32,000 bases of DNA, taken from the NCBI GenBank assembly GCA_012031265.1, contig JAAUTY010000004.1, positions 3,376 to 35,375 on the forward strand, written 5' to 3'. Origin of the DNA: Spirulinaceae cyanobacterium SM2_1_0. Lineage in GTDB: Bacteria; Cyanobacteriota; Cyanobacteriia; Cyanobacteriales; Spirulinaceae. The position numbers were made by a program, and so were the translations under genes. The notes under the pieces are model-generated. The model saw nothing but the letters and a program-made list of their open reading frames with translations. It was not told where the DNA came from and did not search any database. Shown here in pieces: positions 8,328-16,064 of this stretch. Within the stretch, counting starts at the first letter, position 1; every line of letters starts with the position of its first letter.

Positions 8328-8683
8328 GTTGTGGTTTCGGCTCAGAAAAGCCATAAACTTTAGTTGCGTAATGCTTACCAGCCCTGGTGGTCGTGTTAGG
8401 TTAGTAAGTGAAGCAGATGACTGCTTCCCGGACAGATAAAACAGCTCCGAGGTCAACTAACACAGAGAGGTGAAAACGCTGTATCGCTACACATTATCTG
8501 TCTCGTTCGACGACAACAAAGGCAGCAATGTCAGCTCGTGCTAACCATTCCTTGTCCTGAGTGCAGAGATTAAGTTTAGAAGTATCGCCACGCTCCGCTT
8601 ACCTTCGAGGCGACTTCGGCTAATCTCTAAGTAAAGAGGAATCGGCAAGCAAGTCTAAGCTCCATTGCTGCTTTTGTTTGGCC

Positions 8684-10642
8684 ATGCAATCCGCAAATCT
8701 GGTTCAACTGGCGAAAACGGGCAGCGCTCAGGCGATCGCCGCCCTGATTGCCCACCAACTCCAGCCCAAAGGTATCCGCGTGCGCGCCGATCTCAGCGCC
8801 AACGGCTTGCACCTACGCTTTGAGGCGATTCAGCCACTAGAGGCTGAGCGCCTGATGCCTTGGCTCTATCGGGGCCTGAAGTCTCTGGCACCTAAAGGAA
8901 TTGATCGTGTCACGCTCTCGGGTTGGCGACATGGTGCCACTGAACCGGACTGGCAAAAATATTTTTGGCTCTCGGCACCGTTGCCCCCGTCTGGCCCAGA
9001 ACTGCTGGCCGGTAAGGGCGGCCGGGTACAGGTCGCTGCCGTAAAGGCGGCCCGTCGCGCACCGCTCCCAGAACCACCGCCGCCCCCGTCGGCATCGGCG
9101 GCATCCCTTGATACGCCTGTGGTTTTGTTGCCCGTCGCATCAGTCGTTCTGGCTATCTTGCTCTATGGTCTGGGTAGCTTGAGTGTGCTGGCAACGGTCG
9201 TTCTCCTCGGCTTGATGGTGGCGGCGATCGCCCAGTTCAAGCGCCGCCGCGCCTGGGTGTGGTTCTGTTACGGTTTCCTGCTGTTTCCGGTCGCCATCTG
9301 GCACGTCGCAGCCTTGGATCGCTTCAGTTGGTACGGGGTGGTCTTTTTCTTGCTGGGCTGGCCACTTGCGGCGGAGTTGGTCGATGTTGTCGGCGCAGAA
9401 TGGCTGCTGGGCTTGGCGGTTCTGGCTTTTCTCCCGGCTAGTCTTGCACAGGTTCGTGGGCGTCCCTTCTTCGTTTGGTATCTCTACGGTCTCGGCGCGC
9501 TGTTCGTGGCGACACTGCACGCGGGGTTACTCAGCAGTCGGCAACTGCCGCAATTTGCGGGGCAGAACTGTCGCGATCGCCATTTCGCGGGTCAAGACCT
9601 TTCGGGAGCGGACTTTGCTGGTGCTAGCCTGCAAGGAGCCGACTTGCAGGATGCGACCCTGGTAGGGGCAAATTTCTACCAGGCGAATCTCAGTGGCGCG
9701 AATCTCAGTCGTGCCAATCTCTGGGGAGCGAATTTTGACACGGCTGATCTCACCGCCGCGATCGCCATCGGCACGACAGCACGCTTGCAGCCCTGGCTCC
9801 AGCGCCCCCCCCGCTGGCTGTGGATGCTGATAGGGGCGATCGCCGTGCAAGTGCTCGCGACCTCCATTCTCGCCCAACCGCTACTAGTGATCGGAAGCTA
9901 CCATCTCTTATTCGTCGCAGTGGCCCTGTTCGTGTTGATCGTGCTCGGACGTAATCCCACCAACAAGCATCTGGTCACGATTTTACTGGTGCTGTTTGGG
10001 GTACTGGGCATTCTGCTCACAATGGGGATTCTCCTAACTAGAATTAGGCTGGCTTTTTTTGCATCGCCGCTGCTGATCCTAGGAGCCTTGGCGCTCAGAC
10101 TGCCTGCGATCACTGGGATCACGTTGGGTACAGTCTTTGCCCTCACAGCCTACCAGCAACAGCGTTGGCCGCAGTTGGGGTTGTGCCTAGGTCTTCTGAA
10201 TGGGCTAATTCTCATCCCATTCCTGACGCCGATCTCTCACCTTGAGCCGAACAGTCTTTTTGGCAATGTCAGCACGAACCTGACCCTCTCTCCCTTGATT
10301 GTGGCCGCAGCAACGGGTGTGCTAGTGGGTTGGTGGGTGGGATGTGCCTTTGATCGCAGTCAGCTTAACTTGCGGCGGGCGAATTTGCGACAGGCGAACT
10401 TTACCGATGCTGACCTCCGTCATGCCGACTTTCGGCAGGCGATCACCAGCAGTACCAACTTCACCAACGCTGATCTGCGCGGGGCGATCGCCCACCCGGC
10501 AGATCCCCACGTGCTAGAACATCGGTTCAGTAGTCCGGGAAACCCGGTTTCTTCATCGGCGGGCAAACGAGATTTCCTGCTTCCTAGAGCAGAAACCCGG
10601 TTTCTGTGCCGATTGACGAAAATCGGCGACACCCGTGGCTAA
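8684..10642 (+). CDS. polytopic membrane protein with two pentapeptide-repeat blocks and a soluble N-terminal domain
   Basis: A(D/N)LxG-type repeats FAGQDLSGADFAGASLQGADLQDATLVGANFYQANLSGANLSRANLWGANFDTADLT (about nt 9551-9750) and LRRANLRQANFTDADLRHADFRQA...TNADLRGA (about nt 10362-10485). At least 10 hydrophobic segments. ATG 8684 preferred over TTG 8678. Confidence 0.8.
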   Translation: MQSANLVQLAKTGSAQAIAALIAHQLQPKGIRVRADLSANGLHLRFEAIQPLEAERLMPWLYRGLKSLAPKGIDRVTLSGWRHGATEPDWQKYFWLSAPLPPSGPELLAGKGGRVQVAAVKAARRAPLPEPPPPPSASAASLDTPVVLLPVASVVLAILLYGLGSLSVLATVVLLGLMVAAIAQFKRRRAWVWFCYGFLLFPVAIWHVAALDRFSWYGVVFFLLGWPLAAELVDVVGAEWLLGLAVLAFLPASLAQVRGRPFFVWYLYGLGALFVATLHAGLLSSRQLPQFAGQNCRDRHFAGQDLSGADFAGASLQGADLQDATLVGANFYQANLSGANLSRANLWGANFDTADLTAAIAIGTTARLQPWLQRPPRWLWMLIGAIAVQVLATSILAQPLLVIGSYHLLFVAVALFVLIVLGRNPTNKHLVTILLVLFGVLGILLTMGILLTRIRLAFFASPLLILGALALRLPAITGITLGTVFALTAYQQQRWPQLGLCLGLLNGLILIPFLTPISHLEPNSLFGNVSTNLTLSPLIVAAATGVLVGWWVGCAFDRSQLNLRRANLRQANFTDADLRHADFRQAITSSTNFTNADLRGAIAHPADPHVLEHRFSSPGNPVSSSAGKRDFLLPRAETRFLCRLTKIGDTRG

Positions 10643-12021
10643 AAAAGCTCGATTGCCGTGCGGTTGCGCCCCTTGTTCTTAGCCTCATAGAGCGCGATGT
10701 CGGCGACACCGACCAAGGCCTCCGGCGTGAACTGGTCGCTGGGCTGAGTGGTAGCGACGCCGAGGCTGAGGGTGACGTAGTCGCTCACCGTTGATTTGAC
10801 GTGGACGATCTGGAGGTCAGCAATAGCTGCGCGCACGGCTTCCGCGACCTGACAGGCTCCGGCTGAGGTGGTATTGGGCAGAATGATCGCGAACTCTTCG
10901 CCGCCATAGCGAGCCACGAGATCGCTGGGGCGTTTCAGCATTTTCCCCAAGACTTGGGCGACCTGTTGCAGGCAGGCATCTCCCGCTTGGTGACCATAGG
11001 TATCGTTGTAGAGCTTGAAATAATCCACATCGCAGAGAATCACCGAGAGCGGCTGTTGCTCGCGCCGCAGTCGTCGCCACTCGCACGCCAAGTGTTCGTC
11101 AAAACGGCGACGGTTCGCCACTTGCGTCAGGCCGTCCAGGGTTGCTAGCCGCTGCAATTCTTGGTTCGCCTGTTGCAGCGCCAACTCAGCTTGGACGCGC
11201 TCGGTGATGTCATTGGAGAGTGAGAGCAGGCATTCTTCGCCCTGCAAATGCATTACCTCCACCGAGAGCAAAGCCGTGCGAATCTGACCATCTTTTGTCT
11301 GAAATTGGAATTCGTAGTTTTTTACTGAGCCGTTTTGGGACAAACGCTCGAAGAGTTGCTGGCGGGCGGAGGGGCTGACCCAGAGTGCCAAGTCCATCGC
11401 AGTTTTGCCGATCGCTTCTTCAGCCGCGTAGCCGGTGAGGTGGCAGAAGGTCTCGTTCACTTCCAGATGATGACCATCGCGCAGGCGAGTGATGGTGATG
11501 GGGTTAGGACTGGAGCGGAAGATCTTGGCAAACTTTTCTTCGGAGCGACGCAGTGCTATTTCTACACGCTGGCGTTCCTGGATCTCCTCGACCATCAACT
11601 GGTTTTGTGTGGTCATGAGTTTCAGGGCACTCTGCAAGTTGAGGTGATTGCGGATGCGTGCCAGTGCTTCGTCTAGATCAAACGGTTTGGCCAGATAATC
11701 GAGCGCGCCTGCTTCGAGAGCGTGCAGTTTGTCAGCCTTGTCGGCAGAATCCAGCAGAAAAACGATTGGGATCGCTCCGGTCAAGGCATTGGCTCGCAAT
11801 TGCTGGCACAACTCACGGCCGCTGCTGTCGCAAAGCTGTGTCCCTAGTAATAGCAGATCGGGGTTGGCTTGTTTGAGGGCGGCGATCGCGGCGGCCGCGC
11901 GTTCAAAGACTTGAATAGTATATCCCTGTTCTTTTAGCAGCGTGCTGAGGCCAATTGTCGCTTCGCAGGGGCGGGTAGCCAAGGCAATGGTGTGAATCGC
12001 GGTCTGGGGGCGATCGCTCAT
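10639..12021 (-). CDS. receiver-like domain / PAS / GGDEF diguanylate cyclase
   Basis: GGDEF domain with RYGGEEFAIIL and an RxxD site (RPSD) 5 residues upstream. PAS segment SEEKFAKIFRSSPNPITI...LSNDITERVQAE. N-terminal CheY-like fold (...PDLLLLGTQLCDSSG...IPIVFL...LAKPF). Confidence 0.88.
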   Translation of the reverse strand: MSDRPQTAIHTIALATRPCEATIGLSTLLKEQGYTIQVFERAAAAIAALKQANPDLLLLGTQLCDSSGRELCQQLRANALTGAIPIVFLLDSADKADKLHALEAGALDYLAKPFDLDEALARIRNHLNLQSALKLMTTQNQLMVEEIQERQRVEIALRRSEEKFAKIFRSSPNPITITRLRDGHHLEVNETFCHLTGYAAEEAIGKTAMDLALWVSPSARQQLFERLSQNGSVKNYEFQFQTKDGQIRTALLSVEVMHLQGEECLLSLSNDITERVQAELALQQANQELQRLATLDGLTQVANRRRFDEHLACEWRRLRREQQPLSVILCDVDYFKLYNDTYGHQAGDACLQQVAQVLGKMLKRPSDLVARYGGEEFAIILPNTTSAGACQVAEAVRAAIADLQIVHVKSTVSDYVTLSLGVATTQPSDQFTPEALVGVADIALYEAKNKGRNRTAIELF

Positions 12022-12051
12022 GACTAATGCTGAAGTGGCTCTCGCAATCGC

Positions 12052-12747
12052 TTAGGGCGTCGGCAGCAGTCGTTCTAGATCTAAGTTTGCGGCAACTTGC
12101 GCCAGCTTGGTCAGATCAGCGGGATTCTCAAGATAAGGCAAGCAGCCCAACACAGGCACTTGGGTGAGGGATTCCAGCAAGGCGGGCGGTGTCCAGTCTG
12201 CCTGTTGAGCCGCTGTCACCGGACGCAGACAGTTGAGCACAACACCACGCAGGTCGAGCTGACATTGGCGGGCGAGGGCCACATTAGCCACGGTCTGGGC
12301 GATCGCTCCCAACTGCACAGGAACGACCAAGACCACGGGCAAATGCCAATCGCGCGCCACATCGGCAACGGTCAACTCCGCCGTGACCGGTGAACCCAAG
12401 CCTCCCAAGGCTTCGACCAAAACAAACTGTTTGGTTTGACGCAAGGTCTGCAAGGCTTGCCAAACCGGTGCCAGATCGATGGTGCGACCCTCCTGCTGCG
12501 CGGCAACAGGCGGCGCAACGGGAGTGTCAAAGACCAGCGGGGCTAGGGTGGCGGGGTCTTGGGCGAGCTGGAAATGTCGTTGATAGAACTCGCGATCGCC
12601 CGTCCCTGCCTGTACCAGCTTCATCAGTCCGAGGTTGGCAGCAACTTGATAGCGCTGCCAGTAGGCAGCGAGCGCCGCCGTCAGCACCGTCTTGCCAACT
12701 TCGGTATCGGTGCCGGTCACGAGCAAACTATTCGCCGTCAATCTCAC
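12052..12747 (-). CDS. bioD: dethiobiotin synthase
   Basis: N-terminal P-loop VTGTDTEVGKTVLTAAL, EALGGLGSP, length 231 aa. GTG start. Confidence 0.85.
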   Translation of the reverse strand: MRLTANSLLVTGTDTEVGKTVLTAALAAYWQRYQVAANLGLMKLVQAGTGDREFYQRHFQLAQDPATLAPLVFDTPVAPPVAAQQEGRTIDLAPVWQALQTLRQTKQFVLVEALGGLGSPVTAELTVADVARDWHLPVVLVVPVQLGAIAQTVANVALARQCQLDLRGVVLNCLRPVTAAQQADWTPPALLESLTQVPVLGCLPYLENPADLTKLAQVAANLDLERLLPTP

Positions 12748-12949
12748 ATTACCTACAGCGTGCGTCTAACCTTCACCGACCGCCTGAGATGCACCCATTC
12801 ACTCTGCTGCGACGCCGAGGATTGTCCATAGTTTAGCGCCTCTATCCGACCCGCAACACGACTGCTTCGCTCGCCGGACTGGCTCACCATCCCTACCAGC
12901 CAGCGAAGCCACCCCAAACCGCAGGGTGAGCCAACCCAGGGAGCTAGAC

Positions 12950-12983
12950 AAAAAAACCAGCCCCCAGAGCATGTGGAGCTGGT
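12950..12983 (-). terminator. rho-independent terminator downstream of the 66-aa gene
   Basis: Minus strand reads CCAGCTCC-ACATGCTCT-GGGGGCTGG followed by TTTTTTT (A-run 12950-12956 on the plus strand). It lies about 55 nt below the stop at 13040. Confidence 0.6.
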
Positions 12984-13039
12984 CATTAGAATGTTCCCTA
13001 AAACCTGGACTGAATGTCGCCAACACAAACTGAGCGGGA

Positions 13040-13240
13040 CTAAGCCGCAAGCTGGAGCCGACCACGACAAGCAGCGCGCAAAATCCGATTCACTGCGCGA
13101 CGCTCTTCATCAGACAAACTCTCGTCCATGACTGCTGCCAACAAGCCGTAGCGATCACCTTGGGTGAGGATGCCAGTTTCAGCCACATCTGCCAGGATGG
13201 CGGCGATCGCCCCCGGCAGTAATTGAATTTTGTTTAACAT
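13040..13240 (-). CDS. small conserved-looking hypothetical protein (66 aa)
   Basis: ATG start and clean helical composition (MLNKIQLLPGAIAAILADVAETGILTQGDRYGLLAAVMDESLSDEERRAVNRIL). A terminator follows. No family name recalled. Confidence 0.55.
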   Translation of the reverse strand: MLNKIQLLPGAIAAILADVAETGILTQGDRYGLLAAVMDESLSDEERRAVNRILRAACRGRLQLAA

Positions 13241-13537
13241 GGCTTACGTCTACCCTCTCGACTATCCTATCCTCTCGCTTCTGACGCTAAACATCTGCGA
13301 TCCCAAGCGGTACTGCGGTGTGAAATTCAACACTGCGCGCCAGTGATGACCGACAGAGCACCATCCGCTGAGAATCACTGAAGCAGGTGAGCTAAATCAC
13401 GCTCCTCGCCGCCTCGGCCGGTTCCGACGACCTAGCAATACTGTGTTACATTCCGCAAAAAAACGACAAACCGCCCGCACTCTGGCTTACGCTGACAACT
13501 AGCGATTTTTAACAAACGACCTCAACTTGCCAGCGCA

Positions 13538-14749
13538 ATGACCTCGACTGTCCCGCCGACCCGCGCCCACCACAAAGCCCGCGCCCTCAAACCCGGTCGC
13601 CCCCGCCCCGCCAAAGAACTGTGCAGCGAATGCGGCCTCTGCGACACCCACTACATCCACTACGTCAAAGAAGCCTGCGCCTTTCTCAATCAACAGTTTC
13701 CAGACCTCGAAGCCCAGACCCACGGGCGCAGTCGCGACCTCGAATCGGAGGATGACTGGTATTTCGGCGTGCATGAGGAAATGTTCGCCGCCCGCAAGCG
13801 TGAACCGATCGCAGGCGCGCAGTGGACGGGCATCGTCAGCACGATCGCTTGCGAGATGCTCACCCAGGGCCAGGTTGAAGGGGTGGTCTGTGTGCAAAAT
13901 CAGCCGCGCGATCGCTTCCAGCCGATGCCGATCATCGCCCGCACCCCTGAGGAAATTCTCGCCGCCCGCGTCAACAAACCGACCCTTTCGCCCAATCTCT
14001 CCGTGCTCGAGCAGGTGGAGCAGTCGGGGATGAAGCGCCTGTTGGTCATCGGCGTTGGCTGCCAGATCCAGGCCCTACGTGCGGTGGAAAAAGAGTTGGG
14101 ACTCGAAAAGCTCTACGTCCTCGGCACCCCCTGCGTGGATAATGTCACCCGCGCCGGGTTGCAAAAATTTCTCGAAACCACCAGTAAATCTCCCGAAACG
14201 GTCGTCCATTACGAGTTCATGCAGGACTTCCGGGTGCATTTCAAACACGAAGACGGCTCGATTGAAACTGTCCCCTTCTTCGGGTTGAACACCAAAGAAC
14301 TCAAGGATGTCTTCGCCCCCTCTTGCCTGAGTTGCTTCGATTATGTGAATGGTCTCGCGGATCTCGTCGTGGGCTACATGGGTGCGCCCTTTGGTTGGCA
14401 GTGGCTGGTTGTGCGCAATGAGCGCGGCCGCGAACTGCTCGCCAGTGCTCGTGACCAACTGGAGATGCAGCCAGTTAACTCACAGGGCGATCGCCACCAA
14501 GCCGTCCAACAAAGCATCCCTGCCTACGAAGCCGGTGTGACGCTGCCGATGTGGGCGGCGCGACTCATGGGCGTGATCATCGAAAAAATCGGCCCCAAAG
14601 GCCTGGAATACGCCCGCTTCTCGATCGACTCGCACTTCACCCGCAACTACCTCTACGTCCAACGCCAGCATCCCGAAAAATTAGCCGCGCACGTCCCCGA
14701 GTTCGCCAAGCGCATCGTCGGGCAGTACAAGCTGCCTGAGAACCAGTGA
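13538..14749 (+). CDS. bciB: FrhB/FdhB-family Fe-S flavoprotein, probably the ferredoxin-dependent 8-vinyl reductase BciB / HCAR homologue
   Basis: N-terminal Cys cluster KELCSECGLCDTHYIHYVKEACAFL, GVGCQIQALR, LGTPCVDN, and about 400 aa in length, as I remember for Slr1923-type proteins. The specific function is inferred, not demonstrated. Confidence 0.65.
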   Translation: MTSTVPPTRAHHKARALKPGRPRPAKELCSECGLCDTHYIHYVKEACAFLNQQFPDLEAQTHGRSRDLESEDDWYFGVHEEMFAARKREPIAGAQWTGIVSTIACEMLTQGQVEGVVCVQNQPRDRFQPMPIIARTPEEILAARVNKPTLSPNLSVLEQVEQSGMKRLLVIGVGCQIQALRAVEKELGLEKLYVLGTPCVDNVTRAGLQKFLETTSKSPETVVHYEFMQDFRVHFKHEDGSIETVPFFGLNTKELKDVFAPSCLSCFDYVNGLADLVVGYMGAPFGWQWLVVRNERGRELLASARDQLEMQPVNSQGDRHQAVQQSIPAYEAGVTLPMWAARLMGVIIEKIGPKGLEYARFSIDSHFTRNYLYVQRQHPEKLAAHVPEFAKRIVGQYKLPENQ

Positions 14750-14756
14750 GGTCAAG

Positions 14757-16016
14757 TTATACAAAATTCTTCAGTGAACGCTGTTGAGTTTTGTGCTCTG
14801 TCAGTTCACCAAATGTTTTACGAGTCCAGCTCACATCGTCAGTATTGTGGTAGCGCGAGTAGGGAAAATCAGGATAGGTCGGGAGGGCCTGGTCGGTAAG
14901 CTGAGCCAGCAGTAACCGACCGATGGCTCTGCCCAGTGAGCAAGGAACTGCATTACCGACTTGTCGGTATTGGTCAAGGAGCTTCCCTGCGATCGCCCAG
15001 TCATCGGGTAGTTCTTGCAGGCGCTTGTACTCTTCAATGCTGAGGGGTCGGTTTGCCTCCGGATGGGCTAAATCAGTCGCTGGCATCGCCGGATGAGTCA
15101 CCAGGGTTGGTGCGGGTTTATCCCAAGCCAATCGCCGGTAAAAGCCCGTTTTCCCGCCCCCGGCATAGTAAGAGGCTCCGAGGGCTTCTTGATGTAGCTC
15201 AACCGGTAAATCTCGCCAGTGTTGTCCGGACTTGAGCAGTCGATAGTACTTCAACCGTTTCTCTGGAAACTTGACAAAGTGATGATCCACTTCCGAGAGT
15301 CCAGCTAAAGCATCCCGTACGGTTCGCCATGGCGATAAACCATAGTCTCCATGCTCGGAATGAGTGGGCGTTAGATAAGGTAATTTTTTGCCAGTGCGAT
15401 CGCAGAGAATAATCACCCGCTCACGTTGCTGCGGCGCACCAAAATTAGCCGCATTGTACAGATTGAACGACACTCCATAACCGGCTGCCTGCAATCGACG
15501 GAGGATCGCAAGCAGCGCACCACCACGTTTTTCAATCGACGATCGTGGGGAAAATGCCCGGCTACGCTGCTTGTGGGGTCGATGTTTTAACGGTGCCGAG
15601 AGCAATCCACGAACATTCTCGATCACGGCAAAACGCGGCCGGAGTTCAATAATCAAGTCGATGAATGTCAGGAAGACATTGCCACGTTCGTCATTGAAAC
15701 CGCGACGCTTGCCCGCACTGCTGAAAGCCTGGCAAGGCGGGCCGCCGACAATCACATCAATGGTTTCTGAGACCCCAAGGTCAGCTTGCTCGCGAATAAC
15801 TGCTGCCGAGTAATCGCGAAGATCACCGAGCAAAGGCAGTCCAGGCCGATTGGTCTGAATCGTTTGACGAGTGGCTGGATCGACTTCACACACCAGCTTG
15901 GTTTTGATCCCAGCCTGCTCCAGTCCTAAATCTAAGCCCATGCAACCCGAAAAAAAGCTGAGCGCGTTGAGTGTGGGTTGATTGGGAGCATCGGGAGGGA
16001 GGCAGGAGTCAGGCAT
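14757..16016 (-). CDS. DNA (cytosine-5)-methyltransferase, orphan (no adjacent endonuclease)
   Basis: All canonical m5C-MTase motifs are present. I: FFSGCMGLDLGLEQAG. IV: GGPPCQAFSSAGKRRG. VI: AVIENVRGL. VIII: QQRERVIIL. IX-like: LSIEEYKRLQELPDDW. X: GNAVPCSLG. Confidence 0.92.
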   Translation of the reverse strand: MPDSCLPPDAPNQPTLNALSFFSGCMGLDLGLEQAGIKTKLVCEVDPATRQTIQTNRPGLPLLGDLRDYSAAVIREQADLGVSETIDVIVGGPPCQAFSSAGKRRGFNDERGNVFLTFIDLIIELRPRFAVIENVRGLLSAPLKHRPHKQRSRAFSPRSSIEKRGGALLAILRRLQAAGYGVSFNLYNAANFGAPQQRERVIILCDRTGKKLPYLTPTHSEHGDYGLSPWRTVRDALAGLSEVDHHFVKFPEKRLKYYRLLKSGQHWRDLPVELHQEALGASYYAGGGKTGFYRRLAWDKPAPTLVTHPAMPATDLAHPEANRPLSIEEYKRLQELPDDWAIAGKLLDQYRQVGNAVPCSLGRAIGRLLLAQLTDQALPTYPDFPYSRYHNTDDVSWTRKTFGELTEHKTQQRSLKNFV

Positions 16017-16064
16017 GGTATTCAGAATCTAATGGCCGCGATCAGCGCGGCTGCATTCCACGGC

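Noticed and set aside
12850-12935. SRP (4.5S) RNA look-alike: the minus strand reads CCAGUCCGGCGAGCGAAGCAGUCG, resembling the conserved GGUCCGGAAGGAAGCAGCC of domain IV
   Set aside because: I could not draw the required helix-8 pairing around a GNRA tetraloop with this sequence. The flanks do not form the long SRP hairpin.
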